From the human T2T-CHM13v2.0 reference genome, Homo sapiens: a DNA stretch of 64,000 nt. The notes below the pieces were generated by a model. That model searched no databases. It was not told where the DNA came from and saw only the letters and a list, made by a program, of their open reading frames with translations. Of the stretch, positions 11,707 through 26,962 are shown in pieces (the first letter of the stretch is position 1; each line of letters begins with the position of its first letter). Location of the stretch: assembly GCF_009914755.1 (NCBI RefSeq), contig NC_060935.1. One strand, given 5' to 3'. Both the position numbers and the translations under genes were made by a program.

Positions 11707-12004
11707 AAAAAATACATGTCTATAGTATTAATCTTCCTAAAGCAATGCTTTCATCATGTCAGTCCCTTGCTTTCAAAAAAATCTGTTATAGCATTTTGTT
11801 GATCACAGAGTATTACCAAACCTCCTTACTTAGCAGTTTAGGCCTTCTGGAAACTTCTATTTCTTCAACAAACACTTCTTTTTATTACACAAATAATTCA
11901 TAGTAATATATAAAGAAAAAATACTGTGCCTTCCCCAAGTCCCATGAAATCTTAGTTGTGTGTTTTCCTCATATAAACATAGACATATAAGAAATGTACA
12001 ATGT

Positions 12005-12352
<348 letters not shown>

Positions 12353-15026
12353 CTACAGCTTGTATTTTTAACAAATTGTGAAGTATTTTCCTTCTTAGGA
12401 AATATTCACTTACATTATCATTATTAATGACTATAAGAGTGTTCCTTAATATGAATGCATCCTATTTTATTTAATCAGTCTCTTATTGTGAGAAATTTAG
12501 AAATTTTTATAATAACGCAGTAATAAGTATCTTTAAACATTCATTTTTTGTGAATTGTTTCAATGAGTTATGCTCACTGCATACATTTTAGGTGTGGCAT
12601 TGCTGGGTCAAAAGTTGCAGAATTTTTTAGTTTGTCACATATTTCTAATTGGCTCCCCAAAATAGCCGCAGACAAAATATTGAGTTCCAGATGTAGAAGT
12701 AGTATAGACCACATTCTCTGACCCAAATATAGTAAAACCAGAAATGAATAATAAATATGTAATCCCCAAAGCCCAACCGTTTGACCTCAAAAAACAAACA
12801 AGTAAAGGCATCCTCTTAAAAACTCTTTGGTCAAAGAAGAAATTAAAACTGACATTACAAAATTATTTGACAGGAATGACAACCAGAATGGCATATAATA
12901 ATTTTTTAAAATTTTTCTGCCAAAACTGCACCTACAAGCAAATTTAAAACTTGAATATTTTCTGTATTAAAAAAAAAGAAAAGTAAATATACAAAGCATC
13001 CCACTCAAGTTAGCAAAGAACAAATATACTCGGGGGAAGCAATATATAGATAAATTAAGGTAAAGGCAATATGGAAGGAATTGGGGGTAGGAAATAGTGG
13101 AATTGATGGATAAGTTCAATATCTTGCTCCGTGTGTGTATGTGTGTGTGCATGTGTGCGTGCTCAAAGGAAGAGGGACCACATGGAACACTCTCATGTTT
13201 TGCTGACAGTTCAGCAGGCAAGAAAAACTTGACATTCACAGTGGGATTAACCAGGATAAAATCAGTCTCAGCAGAGTGTCATGAAAGTACAAAGGTGGAA
13301 GTGATTAATTTAGTGGAGGTCAGGCCAGTGAAGGAAAGCTTCGCAGAGAATGTGACAGCTGAGTTGAGCATTATGGGATGGTAGGATTTTGCCAAGCGAA
13401 ATGCTTGTAGAGAGGGAGTGAAGTCTAGGTGTGGTGGTAACAGTTGGGGATTGTTTTTAAAGTGCTGGAATTATTTTTCATGCCTAATCAGTTCTAGACA
13501 TCTATGGGACTATTAACTATACAGCTTTATCGTTTCAAATAATGTGCTTTCTTTTAGAGGTAGAATTCTTTTGATTCAGGCAATCTATTTTTAGAGCCTG
13601 CTTTATATTTGTAGCAATTATGATGGAAAATGAACTTCCTAGAAATTAAATGTGTCATTTTATATCTTATCTGTAATGAGCTGATGGTGTTAGCATGCAA
13701 AGATATATTTAATACCTACTTTATCCGATGAAAAGAATATATTGCATGGATCCAAGTGTGGTCAAATAATGGAAAGTCTGTTAAAGCCATATGGAAATCT
13801 TTTCATTAATTTTAAATATTTAGGAATTTATCTGTTGACTATCCCATGACTAAGTTTCAGTATTTTATATAATAAGTATAGAATAAGAAAAATAATGTCC
13901 GTATCACTTCTCTTTCCAAAAAGGTATTTTATCTTTGTTGTTATAAGTGTTTTCAAAATGCAAACTTCTAAATTTAGTATGATTCTATCTTGAGGGAGAA
14001 GAAACAATCATATCCTCTCACTATGTGTATACGTATGTGTGAGATGTATGTTTGTAAAAGCATAGAAGATAGAAAAAGGTAGCAGTTAAAACTAGTGCCC
14101 TGGGGATGGAGAGGGGGAGATTCTAGAAAAGATGAGTGAGAAAAATAAAAGGGAATGAAAAAAGATGGTTAGTTCTTTTTATACATTTGTGTTGTTTTGT
14201 TGTGGTGGTAACTGGTCATTTTATAATTTTGGAAGAAGAGGTATTAAAGCTTTTAGAACTACAAGACAATTATGGTTCAGGAGGGCAGCTCTTTACTAAT
14301 GCTGGGTTGGTTAAGGTATTTGAGGCCAGCATCTATCATTTCATGGCTACTATAGAGTGCACTGGCTACATTGAGACTTCATGGTCCCAAGCTTGCTGAA
14401 AAGGATGAACCTCAACCCTAGGCTGGCCACTTTTCTTTTTTCTTTTTTTTTTTTTTTTTTTTTTTTTGAGTAGGACAAGAAGGGGATTCTGACTGCTAGA
14501 AAGTTGGAAGAGCTAGAATCTAGTCCTCCCTGGGCATTTGATGACCCATGACCTTGGGAAAGTCACACCTCTCTGGGCTTCAGTATCCTCCCACATGAGG
14601 GAGAAGAAAGAGATAATCATGACTATTCCCTCCAGTTCTAAAACACTGTGATTCCAACCTGCAGTCTATTTTAGCGGGTCTTATTATTTCCCCTTGAAAT
14701 AAACCCCTGAAATAGTTTCTGAATAATACTCAGTACCTCAACATCACAGCTATTGTTGATTCATTTTTTATGACTCCCATGATCCTAACTAAATGTCATT
14801 CACATAACAAGTATTTAAAAGCATAAATGTTATGAGGGAAACAAAAAAAGTAGAGAACAAGACCTTGCTCACAAGACGCTTCTAGTGCAGTTGTGCAGAA
14901 AATATGTGTATTCTATCAAGCTGAGAGAAGCCATTCTATGAAATAAACATGAAATTACAAAATAGAATAATAAAGTCTCTACCTAAAAGTGCCACAGAAG
15001 TAAAGAAACAACTATAATATATTTGG

Positions 15027-15436
15027 TGATATAGTTTGGATGTGTGTCCCAACCCAAATCTCATAATGAAATGTAATCCCCAACATTGGAGGTGGGGCCT
15101 GGTGGGAGGTGATTGGATCATGGCGGCAGAATTCTCATGCATGGTTTAGCACCATCCTTGTTGGTACTGTTCTCATGATAGATAGTAAGTTCTCATGAGA
15201 TCTGGTTGTTTATGTAGCACCTCCCCACCTCATTCTCTCTTGCTCCTGCTGTGTAAGACAACTCCTCCCCCTTCACCTTCCGCCATGATCAGAAGCTTCC
15301 TGAGGTCTCCCCAGAAGCAGATGCCACTATGCTTCCTGTACAGCCTGCAGAACTGTGAGACAACTAAACCTCTTTTATTTATAAATTGCCCAGTCCTAGG
15401 CATTTCTTTATAGCAATGCAAGAATGGACTAACACA
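15027..15436 (+). mobile_element. MaLR solo LTR (MSTA-like)
   Basis: TGATATAGTTTGGATGTGTGTCCC...ccccagaagcagatgcc...cctgcagaactgtgag...ggactaaCACA. Confidence 0.9.
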
Positions 15437-16088
15437 TGTGGTGATTGCTTGAATAATAATATGTCCTAGGTGGCACCAGAGTGTAAAGAAGGAAACAAAA
15501 ACTGTACGTGGGAAGTGGAGGAATCCTTCTACAAAAGGATCAGAGGAAAGAGAACGTGAAAGGGAATGCAAATTGACACTGCTTAATGGCAGGAATGAAG
15601 GTTGATGGAGCACTGTGCTCTGCCCAATGCTAGAGACAAAGGGAGAGCAATATTAACCAAGGCAGCTTTGAGTATAGTGTCCCGCCCCTTTAGAGAAAAG
15701 TTTAGAATAGCTCCCCATACTCATATTTTGTAGTTAGTGAAGTTGAGTCTCAGAGACGCCAAGAGACATGCTTAAAGAGACAAAATCAGGAAGCAGTGTG
15801 CTGGAAACACATGATGGATCCATCTCCAAAGCACCTCCTCTTCCTGTTCTACCATGCTGCCTCCTTGAAGGAAACAAGGTGAAGCTGTCCTAGGAGAGAC
15901 CTATTCTCCTCAGGGAAAGGCAACAGCAAATTTGATTTGTGTAACAAAAATATATTCCATACATAGAAATTGACAAACTGAATTTAAAATTTAGTCAAAA
16001 AGGCAAAGGACCTAGAATAGCCAAAACAATCTTCAGAAAGAAAAAGTCTGGAGGTCTTAACTTCAGGACTTAATAAAAGCTGCAGTCA

Positions 16089-16406
16089 GACTGGACGCAG
16101 TGGCTCATGGCTGCAATCCCAGCACTTTGGGAGGCCAAGGCAGGTGGATCACTTGAGGTCAGGAGTTTGAGACTAGCCTGGCCAACATGGTAAAACCCTG
16201 TCTCTATTAAAAATACCTAAAGTTAGCCGGACGTGGTGGCAGGTACCTGTAGTTCCAGCTACTTGGGAGGCTGAGGCAGGAGAATCGCTTTATGTAGGCA
16301 TAAACCTGGGAGGCAGAGGTTGCAGCGGGCCAAGATTGCACCACTACACTCCAGCCTGGGTAACAGAGTGAGACTCCATCTCAAAAAAAAAAAAAAAAAA
16401 AAAAAA
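16089..16406 (+). mobile_element. Alu (AluS)
   Basis: Full dimer, poly-A, TSD aaaagctgca; ~12-nt insertion near 16291. Confidence 0.95.
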
Positions 16407-17123
16407 GCTGCAATTATCAAGACAGTGTGGTATTAGTGAAATAAATGACAGATCCATGAAACAGAATGAAGAAACCTGAAATAGAATCACATGTATATGG
16501 TGAGGGTCCCAAAACCTTTTTGTATATACAGTACAGTAGAGAGAAGAAAGCTTTCTTAGGGTGCTTTAACCAACTCTATTGAGGTATAATTTATATACAA
16601 TATTATGCTTTCAGTTCAATGAGTTTTGACAGGTGTATAAGCCTGTGTAACCATTATCACAATGTTCTACATTTTCAATACCCTCAGAGAATTCCTTTGA
16701 GCCTCTTTGCTGCCAGTTCCTCCCCAAGCCTCAGCCCCAAGCAACTGCTGATCTGCGGTCACTATAGATGAGTTATGCCTTTTCTAGAATGTCCTATGCC
16801 TGGACTCATACAATAGATAGTCTTTTGTGTCTAACATATTTATGATGAAATATTGGAAACATTCCCTTTGAGACTGGGAATGAGACAGGAATGTCCACTA
16901 TCACTGCTTAAATTCAACATTGTACTAAATAGTCAGTGAAGTAAGGCAAGAAAATAAAATATATGGTAAAAGATATTGGAAAGAAGAAATAAAACTGTAT
17001 AATTTGCAGATTATATCATTATGTGTTTTGAAAACCCAAAAGAATCTACATAAAAATGTTAGTTACTATGAGTGCATCTTCAGTTTCCTGAATATAAAAT
17101 CAATATATTAAATTATATTTCTA

Positions 17124-17420
17124 GGCCAGGCACAGTGGCTCATGCCTGTAATCCTAGCACTTTGGGAGCCCAAGGTAGGCAGATTGCCTGAGCTCAGGAG
17201 TTCAAGATCAGCCTAGACAACATGGTGAAACCCCATCTCTACTAAAAATACAAATAAATTAGCTGGGCATGGTGGTGCATGCCTGTAGTCCCAGCTACTC
17301 AGAGCTGAGGCACAAGAATCATTTGAACCCAGGAGGCAGCAGAGGCTGCAGTGAGCCAAGATTGTGCCACTGCACTCCAGCCTGGGAAACAGAGTGAGAC
17401 TCTGTCTCAAAAAGAAAAAA
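17124..17420 (+). mobile_element. Alu (AluS)
   Basis: Full dimer; TSD-like tatatttcta. Confidence 0.95.
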
Positions 17421-18875
17421 ATATATATTTCTATACATAAACCACACAATTAGAAAGCTGAAATTTAAAAAGGTAACATTTACAATAGCAATGAAAAATA
17501 GAACCTGGAAAGAAATCTAACAAAACTTATGCAAGAATTATTGGAAAAAATTATAAAACCAATAAAAGGCATTTTAAAATACCTAAATAAATGAAGAGCT
17601 ATAACTTTTTAACTTACTACAAATAAATTGATTTAAAAACTCCATATCATAGAAATATAAATGATCACAAATTGATCTGAACATCCAACAATAAAAATAC
17701 AAATCTCAATGGATATTTTGGTAAAATTTGGCAAGCTTATTTAAATATTTGGATGAAAAAGCACTAGTCCAAAAAAACGCCAAAATACTCTTGATGAAAA
17801 TGAATATGATGGGGAGAATTGCCCTACCAGATATAAATCTATAACAATTAATTCAGGGCAGTATTGTCGTAGAGATAGAAAAAAATACACTAATGCGTTA
17901 GAATAGACAGCTCAGAAAAGCAATAGGAATATATGGACAATGTAATATATGGTGAAGGTGCTATAACAGATCAGTGAAGGAAAGTTTGAATTTTTTCAGT
18001 AAATGGCTCTGAGATCACATGAATAAAGAAAAATCAGAGGCTAGAGGAATTTTAAAAAGATACAGGACTTGTATAAAACAAACAGCAAAATGGCAGGCAT
18101 AAATCCTACTGTATCCATAACTGGATTAAATATAAATGGATTAAACATTCCAATTAAAAGGCAGAGATTGGCAGAAAGGACTGAAAAACAAACAAACATG
18201 ATCCAACCATATTATGACTAAAGAGAACACTTTAGAACCAAACAAACAAATAGGTTGAAAGTAAAAGAATGGAAAGCTATACTAAGGAAAAATAACCAAA
18301 AGAGAGCTGGAGTGATTGTATTAATAACAGACAAAATGGATTTTAAGGCAAAAATTGTTCTAGAGACAAATACAATTTATAACAATTAAGGATTAATCCA
18401 TTAAAAAGATAGAAATATTATAAACATGTATGCACCTAACAGCCTTAAAACCTATGAAGCAAAAACTGATAGAACTGAAAGAAGAAATGAACATTTCTAC
18501 AATAATAGTTGAAGATTTCAGTACCTGACTTTCAACACTAGACAAGACAACTAGACAGAATATTAACAAGAAATAGAAGACTTAAGCAACACACAAATAA
18601 ACAAGACTTAACAGACATCTATAGAATACTCCCCCGAGAATACTAGAATACACATTCTTCTCATGAAACATTCTCCAGTATAGACCATAAAACAAATCTC
18701 AATAAATTTTAAAAGATTGAAATAATACAAAGTATGTTCTCAGACCATAATGGAATGAAATTAGAAAGCAATCACTGCATATGCAGAAGAATGAAACTAG
18801 ACCCCTATTTCTCCTCATATTCAAAAATCAAATCAAAATGGATTAAAGACTTAAATCTAAGACCTTAAACTATGA

Positions 18876-19304
<429 letters not shown>

Positions 19305-20518
19305 TGATAACATCAAGTTAAAAAGCTTCTTCACAGCAAAGGAAACAATCAATAAAGTGAAGAAACAACCTACAGATTGGGAGAAAATATTTGCAACTAC
19401 CCATCCGACAGGGATTAAAACTAGCATATAGAAGGAGCTCAAACAGCTCTATAGGAAAAAAATTTAATGATCTGATTTTTAAAATGAGCAAAAGATTTGA
19501 ACAGACAGTTCTCAAAAGAAGACATACAAATGGCAAATAGGCATATGAAAAGGTGCTCAATATCATTGATCATCAGAGAAATGCGAATCAAAACTACAAT
19601 AAGATATCATCTCACCTCAGTTAAAATGGCTTTTATCCAAAAGTCAGGCAATAAAAAAGGCTGGCGAGGATGTGGAGAAAAGGGAACACTTGTACTTTGT
19701 CGGTGGGAATGTAAATTAGTACCACTATGGAGAACAATTTGGAGGTTCTTCAAAAAAACTGAAAATAGAGCTACCGTATGATCCAGCAATCCCACTGCTG
19801 GGTATGATCCAGCAATCCCACTGCTGGGTATATACTCAACAGAAGGGAAATCAGTGTACTGAATATGTATCTGTACTTCCATGTTTGTTGAAACACATCA
19901 CAATAGCCAAGATTTGGAAGCAACCCAAGTGTCTGTGAACAGATGAATGGATAAAGAAAATGTATGTATACATAACGGAGTACTATTCAACTATAAAAAA
20001 GAATGAGATCCTGTCATTTACAGCAACAAGGACAGAACTGGAGGTCATTATGCTAAGTGAGATAAGCAAGACAGTACTACAAACATCACGTGTTCTCACT
20101 TATTTGTGGGATCTAAAAATCAAAACAACTGGACTCACAGAGATAGAGAGTAGAAGGATGGTTACCAGAGTCTGGGAAGGGTAGTAAGAAGGTGGGGATG
20201 GGGGTGATGTGGGGATGGATATCAAGTACAAAAATAATAATAATCTAACTTTCCACATTAAGAAACTAGAAAGGGAGCAAACTAAACCCAAAACAAGCAT
20301 AAGAGAGGAAATAAGAGTTATAAAATAAATAAGATAAATAGAAAAACAGTAGAGAAAAATCAAGAAAACAAAGTTATTATTTGAATGATCAACAAAGTTG
20401 GCAAACCTTTCACAGACTAACTTGGAAACAGGAAGACTCAAATTACTACAATCAAGAATGAAAGAGAGGACATTACCATCAACCCGACACAAATAAAGAT
20501 TATAAAAAGAATACTATG

Positions 20519-20686
20519 GGCTGGGTGCAGTGGCTCACGTCTGTAAGCCCAGCACTTTGGGAGGCCGAGGTGGGTGGATCACGAGGTCAGGAGATCGAGA
20601 CCATCCTGGCTAACACGGTGAAACCCTGTCTCTACTGAAAATGCAAAAAATTAGCCACACCACTGCACTCCAGCCTGGGTGACAGA
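20519..20686 (+). mobile_element. AluY-type element, internally deleted and lacking a tail
   Basis: gatcacgaggtcaggagatcgagaccatcctggctaacacgg (Y diagnostics); right arm largely missing. Confidence 0.88.
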
Positions 20687-22744
20687 ATATTATGAACTGT
20701 AGGCCAGCAAATTCCATAATTTAGATGAAATGGACAGCTTTCTAGAAAGACATCACTACTGAAACTGACTGGAAAATAAATTAAAATCTGAATAGACTTA
20801 TAACAGGTAAAATGATTGAATTAGCAATTAAAAAAAATTGCCAACAAAGAAGATCCCAGAACCAGATAACATAACTGGTATATTCTACCAAATGTTTACA
20901 ATTGTCACCAATCCTTCATAAACCCTTCCAAAAAATAGAAGAGGAGGTAACAACTCATTCTATGAGGCCAGAATAATACTGGCCTCATAGAAAGTACCAA
21001 ATTGTACCAAAACCAGAAAAAGATATCACAAGAAAACTTCAGATTAACACTGTTGTGAATATAGATGCAAAAATTCTCAATAAAATCCTAGCAAACTATA
21101 CTGTGTCCATTTGAGTGATAAAAAATAAAACGCCGGCAAACTAAATCCAGGAACACATACAAGGATTATAAACCGTTACCAAGTGGGATTTATCTCAGGA
21201 TTGCAAGGTTGGTTCAATATATGAAAATCAATTAATCTAATACACTAATTAATAGAATAAAGGGCAAAATGACAAGATCATCTCAGTAGATGTGGAAAAA
21301 TGTAACCCAACAAAATCCAACACCATTTTATGCTAAAACAAAACCAAACCAAACAAAAACCACAAAACCACTTATCAAATTAGGAATAGAAGGAAACTTC
21401 CTCAACCTCATAAAGGGCATCTATGAAAACCCCAAAGCAAACACTGTGCTTAATAATGAAAGACCGAAAGCTTTTCTCAGCAGCAACAAGACAAGAATAT
21501 CCACTCTCATGAATTCTACTCAATATAGCACTGGGGGTTTCAGTCAGGGAAAAGACAAGGAAAAAAAAGGTTTCTAGGTTAGAAAGGATGAAGTATAACT
21601 GTCTCTATTAGCAGACTACATGATCTTGTATATAGTAAATCCTGAGGAATCTACACAAAAAACAAATATAGCTATTGAGCTGGGTCAGCAAAGTGCCAGG
21701 ATACAAGATCAATATACAAAAAGAAATTGTATTGCTATGTATTAGCAATAGACAATACAGAAATGAAAATAAAACAAAATGACATCAAAATGAAATACTT
21801 AGGAATAAATTTAACAAAAGAAATATAAGACTTGTTTACTGAAAACTATAAAATGTCATTGAAATAGATTCCAGAAGATCCAAATAACTGGAAAGACATA
21901 TCACCCATGAAATAAAGTAGTTATTATTAAGATGGCAATACTTCCCAAACTGATCTACAGATTCAGTACAATCTCTATCAAAATCTCAGATGGCTTCTTT
22001 AGATAAATTGACAAACTGATCTTAAAATTTATATGAAACTTCCAGGGACCTGAAATAGCCAAAATAATCTTGAAAAAGAAGAATAAAGTTGGAAACTTCA
22101 CACATCCTGATTTCAAAACTTATTGGAAAGCTACAGCAATAATAAAAAAAAGTGTGCTAGAATAACAGGTGCACTAAAATCTCAGAAATCACAACTAAAG
22201 AACTTATTCATGTAACCAAAAACCACCTGTACCATAAAACTATTGAAATACAAAAGTGTGTTATTGAAATAAGGACAGTTATGTAGATCATGTACTACAA
22301 CTGAGAATCTAGAAAGAAACTCATACATTTTGAATTTTTAACAAAGTATAACTTTGCCAAAACAATTCAATGGAGGAAGAATAATATTTTCAACAAATCC
22401 TGCTGGGACAACTGGATATATACATGCAAAAGAATGAGGCAGGACCCTTACCACAACATATACAAAACAAAAACAAAAACAAAAACAAACAAACAAAACC
22501 AAAAACCTAAAAATGGATCAGTGACCCAGATATAAGTGCTAAAACCAAAACACCTTTAAAAGAAAACGTAAAGGTAAATCTTCATGATCTTGGCAATGAA
22601 TTCTTAGATATGACACCAAAACCATGAGCAATGAAAGAAAAATAAAAGATAAGTAGGACTTCATCAAAACTTAAAACTTTTGCACTTTAATGGACACTAT
22701 GAAAAAAGTGAAACAGCTAATGTATTGGGAGAATATATTGGTCA

Positions 22745-23130
<386 letters not shown>

Positions 23131-23924
23131 ATTCTCTTACAACTCTACAATAAAAAGACAACCTAGTTAAACACTGATCAAAGGAATAGACATTTCTCCA
23201 AAGGTGGCCAATGATGCTCGATATCATTAGTGACTAAGGAAATGCAAGTAAAAACATGACAAGACATAATTTCACACACTAGGATGGCTATAGTAAAAAA
23301 GACAGATAAAAAGAGTTGATGAGGATGTGAAGAAATTGGAACACCCATATACTACTGGTAGGAATATAAAATTGTTAGTCACTTTGAGAAACAGTTTGGA
23401 AGTTCCTGAAAAATTAAATATAGAGTTAGCATATGATCCAGCAATTCTACTTCTAAATATATGCCCAAGAGAATGGAAAACATATGTTCGTACAAAAACT
23501 TGTACACAGATGTTCATAGCAGCATTATTCATAATAACCAAAAAGTGGAAGCAACTCAAATGTACATCAACTGATGAATAGATGAAAGAAAATGTAGCAT
23601 AGCCATACAGTGGAATATTATTTGGTAAAAAAAAAAAAAAAGAGAAAGAGAAAGAAATGAAGAACTGATACGTGCTATAACGTGGATGAGCCGGTTTGTT
23701 TTTTTTTTTTGATGGATGAATTTTGAAAACATTATGCTAAGTGAAAGATGTCAGTCACAAAAGGCCACATATTATGTGCTTCCGTTTAAATGAAATGTCC
23801 AGAAAGGGTAGATCCCTGGAGACAGAAAGTAGTTTTGTGGTTGCCAGGGGACATGGGAAGGAAGGAATCAGGGGTGACTGCTAATAGTTATGGGGTTTCT
23901 TTTTGGCGTGATAAAAATGTCCCG

Positions 23925-24229
23925 GGCCTGGCGGGGTGGCTCACACCTGCTATCCCAGCACTTTGGGAGACTGAGGCGGGTGAATCACCTGAGGTCAGGA
24001 GTTCGAGACCAGCCAGGCCAACATGGTGAAACTCCGTCTCTACTAAAAATACAAAAACTTAGCCGGGTGTGGTGGCAGGCACCTGTAATCCCAGCTACTC
24101 AGGAGTCTGAGGAAGGAGAATCTCTTGAACCTGGGAGACGGAGGTTGTAGTGAGACGAGGTTGCGCCATTGCACTCCAGCCTGGGCAACGAGAGCGAAAC
24201 TGTCTCAAAAAAAAAAAAAAAAAAAAAAA
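23925..24229 (+). mobile_element. Alu (AluS)
   Basis: Full dimer with poly-A. Confidence 0.95.
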
Positions 24230-24559
24230 GTCTTCGAGTTAGTGGTTATGATTCCACAATTCTGTGGCTACACTAAAAACCACTGAATTGTATACTTTAT
24301 AAACAAATAAATTTGTCATTTTCTCATATACCTCACTTTCTCAGTAAAACACTTAGATAATAGTTGAAAAAGGCAATACACTCACTTAGGATAATGAACA
24401 CTGCCAGTCTCTATATAATTACACCATATCTTCATGTATTTCACAGTCCACATGGACTGTTTATGAATCCATCAGAAGTAGGTACATCGCTATTAAATGC
24501 AAGTCCCTGTGCTTGGTACTGTCATGGCCCACTTAGCCTAAGACAACTAGGGACAAATC

Positions 24560-25160
24560 TGTAGTCTGAAAAGTCAGTTTTTGTTTGTTTGTTTGTTTTT
24601 TGGCTGATTGCAATAAGAAAAATCACATAGTGGAAGAATCATGGAACTTCTCGACAAATGAAGGAAGAAATAGTTAACTATAAAAGTTCTGGAAAAGATG
24701 GAGTCTTTGTAAAATTAAATGAAGGAGTGTTTTAATGTGTGTTAAGCAATGCGGTGTGAGTATAAAAGGGTTATCATCAGGTCTGGACTGAAATGGACAC
24801 GGGATCATATTTCCTTGGACACTATTAAGAAAATGCCAATACTGTGTCCAGAAACCTTTATCTGAACCTCTGCGCCGGGGCGGTAAATCAAGGTCGCTTC
24901 TCTTAGTTCCCCCAGGTAAGAGTGGGATGTTTCATTGTTACTGATGTAATTTCAAACAGCAAAATTTTGAAAGTCTCCCATGTCAGAGGACAGGGTTACT
25001 CATTAAGAAAGCTGTTGTCACTCTAAGAAGGGGGTCATACGGCACCTTTCAGCAGCAGTGTGTCCTTGGGAGAAATATCGTTGGCTATTAACTTTGCGGC
25101 TGGCTTTATCTGTCTGTTATCGTAGCCTGATGAATGGCAGCGCTGATTTTTACTTTCTCA
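24560..25160. mobile_element. Possible old ERV1-type LTR
   Basis: Bounded by TGTAGTCTGAAAAGTCAG and ...tttttactttctCA; subfamily uncertain. Confidence 0.4.
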
Positions 25161-26815
25161 GTATTGGTGGGGTTACAAAGATTAATGAAATGTTGTTTGT
25201 GCTGGTAAAGCCCTGGAGGTAATTACGAAAGGCACTACTTTGATTAAGGAGGAACAAATGCAGCTTGCCCTGAAGATTCGTTTCCTCCGCCTTTTGTTGA
25301 TTTTCAAGGAGCTGTTTTCACAGACCTAAGTGCAGAGTGCGCATCTCTCTGTGTGACAAGGCGGGGTGGGGAGGAGGTCCTGCCTGCCCTGTCCTAGCTT
25401 TCCCGCATGAACTCTATTTGTCCTGGTGTGTGGTCCTAGTGGGGTCCTTGGCCCTTTCGTGACAGTTCTAATCACAAAGGCACACATCCAAGTGGTCTCT
25501 AATTTTTGGAAGTGGTGGGAAACATTCCTTCCTAAGGGTCCTGTCAGCTGACAAGTCGGGCTGGAGACTGGGTGACCGGGATCCCGGTGCCTGCAAGCCC
25601 AAGGGTAGCTGAAGCCGCCTGGAGTTCAGGAACCAAGCTGTTGGTAGTCTGCTCTAATATCTGGGATTGAGGGTGAAGGAGTGGCAGGAACTCTGCCAGC
25701 ATTGAAGCCCCAAAGCAAGCGGGCCATTTGAAAGAGAGGTAAACCCGCTGCAGACAGAGAAACCGGGTATTGAGGCTGCTCATCGCTCGCAACCCGGGAG
25801 GTTGGCTGAGTCAACCCAGTGCAGCAGAAGCAAAGCGCGGGCTAAGGCTGCAGTTGGGCTCACAGCCCCAGCTGATGGGTTGAGAGAAAAATCTGGCCTG
25901 GAATTCACTACTTCTCCAAACAAAAAACCCTGGCAGGTTTATGGCCCAATGGGAAAACCTGGAATGGCTTTCAGGGAATTGCAGAGACTAGGTCAGCAGG
26001 AACTCAGACTAGAGCTGGGATCTGGTCCCCAGCCCCACACTGCCTCCTCAGGAGCTTCCAAATGTCCTGAATTTGCTGGAACCAGAGCTTACATGGCTGC
26101 TGTTATCACTATTATTACTCTGTTCTTTTATCACTCTGTGTAATTGTTATGGAAGGTGTCAGTTACCTTCTATAACATATCATGTGAGGCTTGGGTCCAT
26201 AGACATCCTGATTGATATATTCATTGTGACCCCGTCTTGTGACTTCTAAAACAGTCAAGCACATGGCCAAACGTGACCTGTACCCCTAAAACTTGCCTTG
26301 ATTGAATCATTAAAATATATTTTTTCTCTTACCAACAAAAGAAAAGGAAAAAAAAAGCCCTCTGAATTTGTAGGAATCCTCTGACTTGGTCTAAATGCCA
26401 CTAACATAAGTGCTATGTGGATACAAAGGAAGTAACTGAGGAATATTCCTCAGGAAAAGTTGGCTTAGAAGGTTCCTGGGTCCCTGCTGGTGTCAGGATC
26501 AGTTCAGCCCTCTTTGGGGTCCTACACTCAGATATATTCATTCTCTCCTCTGTGTCTGTCTGTTGCTCTAGTGCCTGATGTACATGTTAATTTATTTGTA
26601 TTGGGTCTCACAAACTCGATTAAAAAAAAAATCCAAAACCTGAAAATTGTTCTTGGTAATTTGACTAGACAGGAGGAGACTAAGCAGGTGCTTTGTAATC
26701 TATGTAAAATGTGAGTGCCAAAGTTCAGAGAGGTCAGTCCACCTAGGGAGAAGTAGTTGTTATGGTAGATTCATGGGATCCATGTGGGTCAGGGGAAAAT
26801 CAAGATGGAGCAGGT

Positions 26816-26962
26816 GGCCGGGTGTTGTGGCTCAAGCCTGTAATCCCAGAACTTTGGGAGGCCGAGGCAGGATCGCTTGAGCCCAGGAATTTGAGACAAC
26901 AGTCTGGGCAACAAAGCAAGACCTCGTCCCCTCAAGTCCCCCAAAAAAATTAAAAAGAAAAG
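26816..26962 (+). mobile_element. Alu left monomer (FLAM-like)
   Basis: ggccgggtgttgtggctcaagcctgtaatccc...gagcccaggaatttgag; A-rich end; TSD-like aagatggagca. Confidence 0.85.
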
